DNA of 64,000 nucleotides from Nostoc sp. DedSLP01 (GCA_034530875.2 JAVRCJ020000026.1:42672-106671), one strand, 5' to 3'; shown: positions 18,212-28,616, counted from the first letter of the stretch. The notes: generated by a model from the letters alone, not told the origin. Made by a program: numbers and translations.

Positions 18212-20707
18212 ATGTTACGACTTCTCTTGATTGATGACAATCCGAACGATCGCCTTTTAGCAATTCGGCAATTAGAACGCGAGTTTTCTGACCTCCAAGT
18301 AGAACAAGTTGCCACAGCACAAGACTTTGCTCGAGCATTGGAGAGAGGAGAATTTAACTTGGTTGTCACCGATTATCAATTGCGCTGGAGTAATGGCATA
18401 GAAGTACTCCACGCAATTAAAGCTAGTTATCCTAACTGTCCAACGATCATGTTTACCAACAGCGGTACTCAAGAAATTGCTGTGGAGGCAATGAAATCTG
18501 GATTGGATGACTACGTGATCAAATCTCCTCAGCACCAGGTACGCTTAACAGTAGCAGTGCGATCGGCACTAGAACGAGCTGAAGCTCGCCAAAAAGCCGC
18601 AAATTTAGAAATTCGCTTTCAAACTTTGCTCAACAACTTAAATGTTGGCATTTATCGGGCAACTTTCGACGGTTCTTTATTGGAATGCAACCCAGCATTT
18701 CTACGTTTGATTGGGTTGGGAAGTTTACCTCAAGAACAAGCAAGTAGGTTCATAGAGCTTTATTTTCAGCCAGACGATTATACTCAGCTAATTAACCAAC
18801 TGCGAGAAAATGGTGAAGTGCGCGACCAAGAAATCCAATTGCGCCGAGTTGATGGAAGTTTGATTTGGGTGCGCGTGAGTAAAACCTTCACTAAAATTGA
18901 TGGCAACGCTATCATCGATGGCTTGGTAGAAGATATTAGCGATCGCAAACGAGTAGAGTTAGAACGAGAGCAATTACTCATCAGCGAACAAGCTGCCCGT
19001 ATGGAAGCTGAGGCAGAAAAGCAAAATTACAGTTTGCTATCTGAAGCTAGCCGCTTGTTGGTATCTTCCCTCGATTACCGCATAAATCTGACAAAATTAG
19101 CAAACTTGATAGTTCCGACTTTAGCTGATTGCTGTCTCATTGATATTGTTGACGCTAATTTAACAGTATTTGAAGAACCAGTTGTTGCAGCAACTACTCC
19201 TGAAAAAGAAGCATTAGCCCTCGTACTCAGAAGATTTTATTCCACCTCATCTGAGGCTGATTTTGGTGTGAGAAAGGTTTTACTTACAGGAGAACCAGAA
19301 TTAGTTACTGATGCGACAGCGGATTCTTCTTTATTAGCGATGAAGCAGGATGCAGAAACCCAACGGTTGATGCGCCAGATCGATATCCAATCCTATATAA
19401 TTGTGCCGCTAGTCGTCGGCGATGCCTACGGTGGGCTGCGTTTACGCAAGCTAGGTACGATTACTCTCATTAGCACCCAACATAACCGTCGCTACAATCA
19501 TCAGAATTTAAATATGGCTCAAGCCCTGGCTCAGCGGGCAGCCATAGCAATTGAAAATGCTCGGCTTTACCAGCAAGCAATAGATGCAAATCGCATTAAA
19601 GATGAGTTTCTCGCGGTTCTCTCTCACGAAATCAGAACTCCTTTAAATCCGATTTTGGGTTGGGCAAAACTTCTGCGTACCAACAAGCTAAATCCACAAA
19701 AGACTGCTTTAGCTTTGGAAACTATAGAACGTAATGCAAAGTTACAAACTAGACTCATTGAAGACTTGTTAGATATCTCCCGCATCTTGCGAGGTAAACT
19801 CAGTCTCAATATTTGCCCAGTTGATTTGGCAACCATTATTCGAGCCGCGATGGAAACAGTACGGTTGTCAGCAGAAGCGAAATTGATTCAAATTAGCTCC
19901 AATCTCGATCCTAGTGTTGGTCAAGTGTTTGGCGATGCAGGGCGCTTGCAACAAATCGTCTGGAATCTCATCTCCAACGCGATTAAATTTACCCCTGAAG
20001 GCGGGAAAGTAGAGATTTATTTAGAACAAATCGATTCTCAAGTTCAAATTAGAGTTAGAGATACAGGTAAAGGAATCAACCCAAATTTTCTGCCATTCGT
20101 GTTTGAAACCTTCCGCCAAGCTGATAGTGCAACCACTAGAAAATTTGGTGGCTTAGGTTTGGGATTAGCAATTGTCCGTTATTTAGTAGAAATGCATGGT
20201 GGAACTGTCTTTGCAGAAAGTTTAGGTGAAAATCAGGGAGCAACCTTTGTTGTCAAGTTGCCGATGATACTTACTGATGCAGTTGACTCTGGCAAAGAAA
20301 GCGATGTAATAGCTACTGATACTTCAGCTTTTAAAGATTTGAAAATCGTAGTTGTAGATGACGATCCTGATTCCCTAGAGTTAATTACCTTCCTACTCGA
20401 ACAATATGGAGCCACTGTCACCGCGGTGTCATCAGCAACAGAAGTACTGGAAATTGTGCCAAAGTCGCAACCAGATTTACTCGTCAGCGATATCGGAATG
20501 CCAGAAATGGACGGCTATATGTTAATTAGACATATTAGGTCAATGGGTCGCGAACAAGGAGGAGAAATTTTAGCGATCGCTCTCACAGCGTATGCTGGAG
20601 AAACTAACGAACAGCAAGCGATTGAAGCAGGTTTCCAAGCTCATATTAGCAAGCCAATAGATCCAGCGCAGTTAATCGAAACCATTGCTGGCTTAATGTC
20701 AAAATAA
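18212..20707 (+). CDS. Hybrid histidine kinase REC-PAS-GAF-HisKA-HATPase-REC
   Basis: N-terminal LIDD...TDY receiver, H-box LSHEIRTPL, GGLGLGL and C-terminal VDDD...SDIGMPEMDG...KP. Confidence 0.93.
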   Translation: MLRLLLIDDNPNDRLLAIRQLEREFSDLQVEQVATAQDFARALERGEFNLVVTDYQLRWSNGIEVLHAIKASYPNCPTIMFTNSGTQEIAVEAMKSGLDDYVIKSPQHQVRLTVAVRSALERAEARQKAANLEIRFQTLLNNLNVGIYRATFDGSLLECNPAFLRLIGLGSLPQEQASRFIELYFQPDDYTQLINQLRENGEVRDQEIQLRRVDGSLIWVRVSKTFTKIDGNAIIDGLVEDISDRKRVELEREQLLISEQAARMEAEAEKQNYSLLSEASRLLVSSLDYRINLTKLANLIVPTLADCCLIDIVDANLTVFEEPVVAATTPEKEALALVLRRFYSTSSEADFGVRKVLLTGEPELVTDATADSSLLAMKQDAETQRLMRQIDIQSYIIVPLVVGDAYGGLRLRKLGTITLISTQHNRRYNHQNLNMAQALAQRAAIAIENARLYQQAIDANRIKDEFLAVLSHEIRTPLNPILGWAKLLRTNKLNPQKTALALETIERNAKLQTRLIEDLLDISRILRGKLSLNICPVDLATIIRAAMETVRLSAEAKLIQISSNLDPSVGQVFGDAGRLQQIVWNLISNAIKFTPEGGKVEIYLEQIDSQVQIRVRDTGKGINPNFLPFVFETFRQADSATTRKFGGLGLGLAIVRYLVEMHGGTVFAESLGENQGATFVVKLPMILTDAVDSGKESDVIATDTSAFKDLKIVVVDDDPDSLELITFLLEQYGATVTAVSSATEVLEIVPKSQPDLLVSDIGMPEMDGYMLIRHIRSMGREQGGEILAIALTAYAGETNEQQAIEAGFQAHISKPIDPAQLIETIAGLMSK

Positions 20708-20737
20708 TTTCTAGTTAATGACACCAGCAGGTAACCA

Positions 20738-21988
20738 ATGCAGAGTAGAAATCATTCCTGGCAAAAAAGCTACGGTATTGCTGTACTCTTCAGTGGTTTG
20801 GCAGTATTATTTTCTCTACTTGTATCGCCATTCATAGAAAATATTACTTTTTCAGTATTTTTTGCAGCCGTGGTGCTGAGTTCGTGGTATGGAAATCGCG
20901 GCTCGGGTTTATTCGCAACCCTGTTATGTAGTTTAGCGATCGCTTACTTTTTTCTTTGGCCAACTTATTCAGTGAGTATTGTAACGCTGGATGCGTTTAT
21001 TCGTTTGGGATTATTTGCCATCGTATCGGTACTCAGTAGTGAATTGAATGCTGCTTGGAGACGCACAGAGTTAAAGCTGCGAGAAAGTGAAACTCGCTAT
21101 CGTGAAATGGCAGAGGCGGTACAGAAGTATGCCAACGAACTAGAGCAACGAGTCAGCGACAGGACAGCCGCCCTAGTGGAAGCCAACAAAGAACTAGAAA
21201 CCTTTGGCTATTCAGTCTCCCATGACTTACGCGCTCCATTGCGGGCAATGCAAGGTTTAGCTGAAGCCCTACAGGAAGATTATAGCGATCGATTAGACAG
21301 CCAAGGTCAAGACTATATTCAAAGGATTGTCGCCTCTGCCGAACGGATGGATAGGCTAATTCAAGACCTACTTGAATACTCGCGCCTGAGCCAGTTAGAA
21401 ATTAACCTGCACGTAGTTAATCTGGCAGAGATTGTGACAGAAGCGATTAAGCAACTAGAAGTAGAATCGCGATCGCCAAAGGCGGGGCGTAGCCCATCGC
21501 AACAAGCTCAAGTCAGCGTAGAGCAACCGCTTCCAGAAGTTATAGGTAATCGGATAATTTTAATACAAGTACTCGTAAACTTACTCAGTAATGCAATCAA
21601 ATTTGTTCCAGCGAACAGCCAACCCCAAATTCGTATATGGGCAGAAATCCCAGGAGTAGAGAGAGATGGGAAGGTAGGGGAGACAAGGGGACAAGAGGAC
21701 AAGGGGACAATGAAAATAACTCATAACTCCTCACTCCTAACTCCTAACTCAACAATTCGCCTCTGGATAGAAGATAACGGTATTGGCATTGCAGCAGAAC
21801 ATCAGCAGCGAATTTTCAACGTATTTGAAAGATTGCACAGCGAAGATACTTATCCTGGTTCTGGCATTGGCTTGGCAATTGTGCGAAAAGGTGTTGAACG
21901 TATGGGGGGACAGGTCGGTGTAGAGTCAATAGTAGGTCAAGGTAGCCGCTTTTGGATTGAATTACAAAAATTTGCGATCGACACATGA
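20738..21988 (+). CDS. Membrane sensor histidine kinase (DUF4118-like TM input)
   Basis: About four N-terminal TM helices, SHDLRAPLR, NLLSNAIKF, DNGIGI and FERLH...YPGSGIGL. Confidence 0.92.
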   Translation: MQSRNHSWQKSYGIAVLFSGLAVLFSLLVSPFIENITFSVFFAAVVLSSWYGNRGSGLFATLLCSLAIAYFFLWPTYSVSIVTLDAFIRLGLFAIVSVLSSELNAAWRRTELKLRESETRYREMAEAVQKYANELEQRVSDRTAALVEANKELETFGYSVSHDLRAPLRAMQGLAEALQEDYSDRLDSQGQDYIQRIVASAERMDRLIQDLLEYSRLSQLEINLHVVNLAEIVTEAIKQLEVESRSPKAGRSPSQQAQVSVEQPLPEVIGNRIILIQVLVNLLSNAIKFVPANSQPQIRIWAEIPGVERDGKVGETRGQEDKGTMKITHNSSLLTPNSTIRLWIEDNGIGIAAEHQQRIFNVFERLHSEDTYPGSGIGLAIVRKGVERMGGQVGVESIVGQGSRFWIELQKFAIDT

Positions 21989-22437
21989 ACACAGAGCAGC
22001 AGACAATCTTACTCGCAGAAGACGACCCCAATCAAGTCCTATTAATTCGTCGTGCTTTACGCAAAGCTAATCTCATACAACCGCTACAAGTCGTCAGCAA
22101 CGGAGAAGCCGCTATTTCTTACCTCTGTGGTGAAGGAGAATATGCCGACCGAGAACGCTATCCTCTACCGATGCTAGTTTTGTTAGACCTGAAAATGCCG
22201 CGCAAATCTGGATTTGAGGTTTTGGAGTGGCTCAAGCAACAACCCCAGCTCAAACGCCTGCCGGTTATTGTACTGACAACTTCTAAGGAAATAGCCGACG
22301 TTGATAAAGCTTATGACTTGGGTGTTAATTCTTATCTAGTTAAACCAGTTGCATTTAGTGACTTGACAGCAATGATAAAGTTGCTTGATGCCTACTGGCT
22401 GAATTTAAATCAACAATCCTTGCTTTACTTCAGTTAG
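21985..22437 (+). CDS. Single-domain response regulator (Rcp1-like)
   Basis: LAEDD, LLDLKMP, LTTS and AYDLGVNSYLVKP; 4-nt overlap with the kinase gene. Confidence 0.93.
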   Translation: MNTEQQTILLAEDDPNQVLLIRRALRKANLIQPLQVVSNGEAAISYLCGEGEYADRERYPLPMLVLLDLKMPRKSGFEVLEWLKQQPQLKRLPVIVLTTSKEIADVDKAYDLGVNSYLVKPVAFSDLTAMIKLLDAYWLNLNQQSLLYFS

Positions 22438-22755
22438 ATAGGTTGATTTGCTCAAAGATTGCAATCCCGCTTACTAAAAGAGTGGGAATGCCAATAATGG
22501 TTTAGCCTAGAAAAGGCATCATTAAGTAATTCGTAATGGGCTACGCCACGCTACGCTAACGTAATTCATGAAGAAATTCTCTGGGTTTAGCCATTGTGTT
22601 TTAGGGGGAAAGCGCAATGCACGTATGTGTCAAATTAACCTAAAATTGACATCCAGCAAAAAACTGAAAAATACTACAAAATTTCTATATTAAATTGACT
22701 TTCCTAATTAAAGATTCTGCACTTATAGCTTTTTAAGCATTAATTTTGGCTTCTC

Positions 22756-24741
22756 ATGCACATTCTGATTATTGACGACAATCCAAATGACCGATTCATG
22801 ATTATTCGGGAAATGCGACGGGAATTTCCTGATGTAGAAATAGAAGAAGTGGGCGAACCAGAAGACTTTGAACGAGCGCTGGCAGCAGCTAGCTTTGACC
22901 TGACAATTACCGATTATCAACTCCGTTGGTCTAATGGTTTAGACATATTACATCTTCTCAAAAACCGTTACCCCGATCGCCCGGTGATTATGTTTACCAA
23001 CACAGGCAATCAAGAAATAGCTGTCGAGGCCATGAAAAGCGGACTCGATGATTACATCCTCAAGTCACCAAGGCATCTAGTTCGTTTGTCCGCAACAGTG
23101 AGATCTGTTTTAGAACGTAACGAAACTCGTCTGAGAGCTAGCTTTTTAGAGAATCGGCTCCAATCTTTACTCAATCAATTAAATGTTGGGGTATTTCGAG
23201 CAATTCCCGATGGACGTATATTAGAAGCGAACAGTGCATTTCTCAACCTTTTGAGACTTGATTCTCTAGAAGAAATTCAGTCTAATATTAGCTTTAATGA
23301 GATTTTTTCTCGAGCCGGAGATATTACACCACACAAAAGACGAGAACGGGAATTAAAGATACGTAGGAAAGATGGTAGTTATATATGGATATCAGTAAAT
23401 GAAACTCTCAATGTTACTAATGGAGAAGAGTTAATTGATGGGCTAGTGGAAGACATCACCGGGCGCAAACGCTCAGAAGAAGCACTGAAACGTTATGCAA
23501 CAAGATTACAAACTCTCCAAGAGTTAGATCGGTCGATTTTGGGGGCGATTTCTCCCAAAGGAATTGCCCAAGCAGCTTTAACTGCGACTTATCCTTTACT
23601 TCCCTGTCAATTAATGGATGTGACATTGTTTGATTTGGAACAGCAACAAGCCACTGTCTTGGCTGTTCAGTCTAATGATGGTATTGGCTTTTCTGTCGGT
23701 GAAACTTTATCATTACATGATTTTGGCAACATTGAAAACTTGCAACAAAATCAGGTGATGATGATTGAAAACCTGGGCGAACATCCCAGACCCTATCGCG
23801 TTCAACAACAGCTGTTTGACCAAGGCATTCGTTTAATTATGAATGTGCCTGTAATTGCCCAACAACAGCTAATCGGTTCTTTGAATGTGGGAGTAATTCA
23901 ACCGTGGTCGTTAACTGAGGAAGATGTGGAAATTGCCCGTGAAGTGGCAAATCAATTAGCGATCGCCATTCAACAATCTCGCTTGCGCGAACAATTGCAC
24001 CGCTACACCGAACAACTCGAACAACTAGTCCACAACCGCACGCAACAGCTTGAAGAAGCCAATAGTGCCTTAGAAGCCTTTGCCTACTCCATCTCCCACG
24101 ACTTACAAGAACCTCTGCGTGCGATTCGGGGATTTGCCACAATTCTTTTAGAAGATTACGATACTGTATTGAATTCAGCCGGGCAAGATTTACTCCATCG
24201 CATCGCTAATAACGTCGAGCGTATGGACAACTTACTGCTAGATTTATTAGAGTACAGCCGCTTGAGCCGGATTGATTTACCGCTACAACCAATTAATCTC
24301 AATTCCCTAATCAAGCAAGTGCTGAACCAATTAGAAGTATCGCTGCAACAAAAGCAAGCACAAGTGACAATTGCCGAACCTCTTTTGGAAGTTGTGGGAA
24401 ACTACCGCACCGTCGAGCAAATTGTCACAAATCTAGTAACCAACGCCATCAAATTTGTCGCCTCTGGAGTTCAACCCCAAGTCAGAATCTGGACAGAACG
24501 CCGCGAACATTGCGTCCGTTTGTGGGTAGAAGACAACGGCATAGGCATCTCACAGCAGCACTGGGAGAGGATTTTTGGTGTTTTCGAGCGTTTACACAGC
24601 ATTGAAGCTTATCCTGGCACAGGAATCGGGCTAGCGATCGTCCGTAAAGGCGTTGAACGTCTGGGCGGACAAGTAGGTATGGAGTCAGAAGTCTCTCAAG
24701 GTAGTCGTTTTTGGATAGAACTACGGGAATATGTTAAATGA
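22756..24741 (+). CDS. Histidine kinase REC-PAS-GAF-HisKA-HATPase
   Basis: Receiver paralogous to that of 18212; SHDLQEPLR and FERLH...YPGTGIGL. Confidence 0.92.
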   Translation: MHILIIDDNPNDRFMIIREMRREFPDVEIEEVGEPEDFERALAAASFDLTITDYQLRWSNGLDILHLLKNRYPDRPVIMFTNTGNQEIAVEAMKSGLDDYILKSPRHLVRLSATVRSVLERNETRLRASFLENRLQSLLNQLNVGVFRAIPDGRILEANSAFLNLLRLDSLEEIQSNISFNEIFSRAGDITPHKRRERELKIRRKDGSYIWISVNETLNVTNGEELIDGLVEDITGRKRSEEALKRYATRLQTLQELDRSILGAISPKGIAQAALTATYPLLPCQLMDVTLFDLEQQQATVLAVQSNDGIGFSVGETLSLHDFGNIENLQQNQVMMIENLGEHPRPYRVQQQLFDQGIRLIMNVPVIAQQQLIGSLNVGVIQPWSLTEEDVEIAREVANQLAIAIQQSRLREQLHRYTEQLEQLVHNRTQQLEEANSALEAFAYSISHDLQEPLRAIRGFATILLEDYDTVLNSAGQDLLHRIANNVERMDNLLLDLLEYSRLSRIDLPLQPINLNSLIKQVLNQLEVSLQQKQAQVTIAEPLLEVVGNYRTVEQIVTNLVTNAIKFVASGVQPQVRIWTERREHCVRLWVEDNGIGISQQHWERIFGVFERLHSIEAYPGTGIGLAIVRKGVERLGGQVGMESEVSQGSRFWIELREYVK

Positions 24742-24989
24742 GGGGAGTGGGGGCATGAGGCAATTTTAGACGCGATCGCAGCTATCGAAAGCTTATAGTG
24801 AAGGCATTTTGGAAGTGCGATCGCATCTAGAATTTTTAATTATCCTTCTTCTGTCACTTTCTGAATTAAACAAGTAATAAATAAACCCTTTCATCCACAA
24901 CAATAAAAAGGTTTGAATTGGTTCATCGTCCTAATTAGGTGCTGGCGAGGTTACCCGACGAATCAATTCCTGAATTTGTATTTAATTTT

Positions 24990-25823
24990 TTAACTACTCT
25001 CCTGCTGTTCTAGTAAAACTACTAAATCAGATATTTGAGAAAACTCTACAAATTCCTCTCCTAATACTTCCAATTGTTCGGTAGACAATCCTCGAATACG
25101 TTCAATTATCGACGAATCTATTTCACCAAACCGCCTTCTTAATTGACGCATTAAAAACCGAAAGGCTTCTTGTTGTTGCCCCTTCTGTAAAATATCTTGA
25201 TAAATTACCGACTCTTGCATCACATCTTCCCTTAAAAATTGACGAATCAATTCTTTTTCAAACTTTAAACCAGCCAAAATTTCTGCGTAAGCTGCAATAT
25301 CCTGTCTAGTATTCCTATCGGGAATTCTAGCAACACTCTGTGCAACCTGGGATAGCAACCTTTGGGCTGAGGTTGTTCTTGTTAATGGTGCTAAAGGTAA
25401 TAATGCAGGGTTATCAAGAAATAGTGCTGATTATTGTTCCCACATCCGCAGGACTCGATAACGATGAGTTGTTGTCTCATTTACATATTCTTCAGTAAAA
25501 GCAATTTCGTTATTTGTTTCTTGTAAAAAAATTACAACCTGGGTGACTGGGACGTTGTATTGACGTATTAACCTCACGGAGTAATCCAGCATGCTGAATG
25601 GAAGCGGCGGATTTGAGATGGTACGAGTTTGAAATTCGATGTGTAAAATTCGATTGGCTGTTTGCAGAAAAGTTACACAATCCGCACGGATTGGTTCTAA
25701 ACTCAATTCGGTCTTAAGCACCTTAACTTTTGTCGGTGCTTGACCCAGTAACCAACTAACAAATTCTCTTGGATATTTTTCAGCTAATACCTTACAAACG
25801 TTGTCAAAACTCACAATTTCCAC
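24990..25823 (-). pseudogene. Rpn-family (PDDEXK_2/DUF4351) nuclease/putative transposase with a premature stop
   Basis: SFDNVCK.LAE...IRAD...LHIEFQT. After the TAA at 25431-25433 the same frame continues SALFLDNPALLPLAPL into the 24990..25358 ORF. Confidence 0.85.
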
Positions 25824-26005
25824 CCCATTTCACACCAAAATAATCGTTACACAGGATAGGAGACTTCCAATAAAAAAATATCCCATCCCTGCGGGACGCT
25901 ACGCGATCGCATTTAGGGCAGTGGGCAGGGGAGTATGGGATTATAAAAGCGGATTTGGTATCAAGTCTGGATGTGCTTTCACAGTTGCGATACCCACATC
26001 ACAAT

Positions 26006-26236
26006 TTGATATTCGCCGATGAATCTTTGATATTCGCCGACGAGTCTTTAATACTCGCCGACGAGTCTTTGATATTCGCCGACGAGTCTTTAATACTCGC
26101 CGACGAGTCTTTAATACTCGCCGACGAGTCTTTGATATTCGCCGACGAGTCTTTGATACTCGCGAACGAGTCTTTAATACTCGCGAACGAGTCTTTGATA
26201 CTCGCGAACGAGTCTTTGATACTCGCGAACGAGTAT
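26006..26236. repeat. Tandem array of 11 x 21 bp
   Basis: Units such as TTGATATTCGCCGACGAGTCT and TTAATACTCGCGAACGAGTCT, with no spacers. Confidence 0.95.
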
Positions 26237-26293
26237 TAAAACCTCGTCAATGCAATTCAGCTTTCTATCTGCCGAATGCCCCATGCCCCATTC

Positions 26294-27211
26294 CTACTTA
26301 GATAAACGCGTCATTTCAAACAATTGCTGGGCATTACTTCCTAAAAAAGCATCAAAAAGTACTTGCTTTCCAGGTTCTACTTCCACTAGATACCGCTGGG
26401 CAATTTCATAATAAGCGTAAGTCCAAGGAATCTGAATTTCTAAACCACTGTTATCATCTAATACTGTTACCATTTCCGTTACTGCTTGAGTTGCCGTTTG
26501 ACGCAAACCACAAGCAACATTTCCCTCTATCTCTGCTTTCATTGGTACGCCTAAGTTAGCCAAACTACTGGCGGTAGTGTCTATATCTGGATATTTTGCG
26601 GTGTTCTGGCCGTTAACGTAGCCTGTGAAATGGTTGACAGCATATCCGTGCAGCAATACCCAAGCACCATACTGAGTAACCTGATTCACCTCTTCGACAA
26701 CAGAACGCCTGGGAGGTAACCAAGGACGGGTAAATATTTGTTGGAGTTGTTGGGCAATGGTTTGAATGTTTTCTTCTGTTTCTGGAAGAGAATTAATAGG
26801 TGGAGTGAATTTATAGTCAATTGAAGATACTGTTTGAGAAATGATTTGAGCAATATTGCTAGGTAATTCATCAACAATTAACTCGCTAATAAATAGTTTG
26901 GGTAAGTTAAATTCCTCTTGTTGCGGATGATGATAATGACGGGCATAAAGATGAGTTTTTGCAAAAGTATACTCTCCAGCTGGGATATAACCTAAAGCTT
27001 GTACAATTTTTTCGAGGTAACCAATGCCGAGGTTAATTTGACCTTGTGGGCTATCTATTAATAGGCGCAGAGACCGAAAGGCGATGTGGTCGTTGGCGAC
27101 GTTTCCACCCGCAGCGGTAATCATTTGCTGGTAGGTACGGGCATGATTTACTCTGGCGCTGTATTGTTGCCAGAGTAGTTTCCAGAGATGGAGGGCTATT
27201 TCGGGTTTCAT
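26294..27211 (-). CDS. DUF1338 protein (2-oxoadipate dioxygenase/decarboxylase, HglS-like)
   Basis: NDHIAFRS, PKLFISEL, QYGAWVLLHGYAVNHFT, LRQTAT and YYEIAQR; His/His/Glu metal ligands. Confidence 0.85.
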   Translation of the reverse strand: MKPEIALHLWKLLWQQYSARVNHARTYQQMITAAGGNVANDHIAFRSLRLLIDSPQGQINLGIGYLEKIVQALGYIPAGEYTFAKTHLYARHYHHPQQEEFNLPKLFISELIVDELPSNIAQIISQTVSSIDYKFTPPINSLPETEENIQTIAQQLQQIFTRPWLPPRRSVVEEVNQVTQYGAWVLLHGYAVNHFTGYVNGQNTAKYPDIDTTASSLANLGVPMKAEIEGNVACGLRQTATQAVTEMVTVLDDNSGLEIQIPWTYAYYEIAQRYLVEVEPGKQVLFDAFLGSNAQQLFEMTRLSK

Positions 27212-27275
27212 AAGGTTGATGGGGATGATTTTTTTCACGCAGAGTCGCAGAGGCGCGGAGAGTTTTTGCGTGGGG

Positions 27276-28589
27276 TTACAATATATTTGAGAGAATTTGG
27301 AGGGCGGTGTGGATTTGGTCGCTGTCGATAACTAGAGGCGGACAAAAACGAATTGCGGCTTTGCCACAACCGAGTAATAATAAACCTCGTAAGAAGGATT
27401 CTTGGATAATGCGATCGCGCAATTTCTTATCAAGATTGCCTTGTTCATCCAATAAGTCCACCGCAACCATTAAACCTTTACCTCGTGGTGGCGATATTCT
27501 AGGAAATTTGTAATGTAATTCGCTAAGTCCAGTTTGTAATAATTCTCCCATTTGGGTAGCGTTGGTCATTAAACCGCCCTCTAGGAGTTCTAGAGTGGCA
27601 ATACCAGCGGCACAAGCTACGGGATTACCGCCGAATGTGGTAGCGTGAGAACCAGGAGGCCAAGTCATTAACTCTGGTCTAGCAAGTATTGCTCCTAAGG
27701 GCAGACCGCTGGCGATACCTTTGGCGGTAGTAATAATATCAGGCATGACTCCCCAATGCTCGATCGCAAATAATCTACCTGTGCGCCCCATTCCGGCTTG
27801 TACTTCATCCACCACCATTAAAATACCGTGGCGATCGCAAATTTCCCGAATCCGTTTTAAAAAGCCATCTTCTGGTACGATATACCCGCCTTCCCCTTGA
27901 ATCGGTTCGACTACAATTGCTGCTACTTCTTGCGGTGGTAAAGTTGTCGTAAATAGCTGTTCTTCTAAGTAATCTAAGCTGGCATGAGTCCCATAAGGAA
28001 TATGAGTTACCCCAGGAACTAAAGGGCCAAAATTGGCTCGCTGCACTACTTTGGAACCAGTCAGAGACATTGCGCCATAAGTGCGTCCGTGGAATGCGCC
28101 TAAAAATGCCACGATGAGCGATCGCTTGGTGTAATATCGAGCTAATTTAATCGCTCCTTCGTTAGACTCTGCCCCGGAATTGGTAAAAAATACTTTGGCA
28201 GGAAATCCCGCGTTATCCTGTGGCTGCGGAAACGGGGCGCGAACAGCCAATTTTTCTGCTAATTCCACCATCGGTTCGTAATAAAAATCCGTCCCCGACA
28301 TGTGTAGCAAACGCGCCGACTGTTCTTGAATTGCCTTGACGACTTCCGGGTGGGCGTGTCCCGTGGCGGTGACGGCAATACCTGCGGTCATATCGAGAAA
28401 CACATTGCCGTCAACATCTTCCACCATACAGCCCTCGCCACGAGCCACAACTAAAGGATAATCGCGGGTATAAGAAGGAGAGGTGACAGTGCGATCGCGC
28501 TGTATAATTTCTTGAGCGCGAGTTCCAGGCAAAGAAGTTATTAAGCGCGGTGTCCGAGGTAAATTTAAGTTAACAGGAATACTTAACAT
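27276..28589 (-). CDS. Class III PLP aminotransferase (GabT/ArgD/lysine 6-aminotransferase-like)
   Basis: NSGAESNEGAIK, AFHGRT, EPIQGEGG, DEVQAGMGRTG, TAKG and TFGGNP. Confidence 0.92.
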   Translation of the reverse strand: MLSIPVNLNLPRTPRLITSLPGTRAQEIIQRDRTVTSPSYTRDYPLVVARGEGCMVEDVDGNVFLDMTAGIAVTATGHAHPEVVKAIQEQSARLLHMSGTDFYYEPMVELAEKLAVRAPFPQPQDNAGFPAKVFFTNSGAESNEGAIKLARYYTKRSLIVAFLGAFHGRTYGAMSLTGSKVVQRANFGPLVPGVTHIPYGTHASLDYLEEQLFTTTLPPQEVAAIVVEPIQGEGGYIVPEDGFLKRIREICDRHGILMVVDEVQAGMGRTGRLFAIEHWGVMPDIITTAKGIASGLPLGAILARPELMTWPPGSHATTFGGNPVACAAGIATLELLEGGLMTNATQMGELLQTGLSELHYKFPRISPPRGKGLMVAVDLLDEQGNLDKKLRDRIIQESFLRGLLLLGCGKAAIRFCPPLVIDSDQIHTALQILSNIL

Positions 28590-28616
28590 AGTTTTTTAGA
28601 ATTACTAATAGTTGAG

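Noticed and set aside
26006..26236. CRISPR array
   Set aside because: The units are contiguous with no unique spacers, and there are no cas genes in the window.
25955..26239. 94-aa LIFADES-repeat ORF as a confident gene
   Set aside because: TTG start and almost entirely repeat-derived; kept only as a hypothesis.
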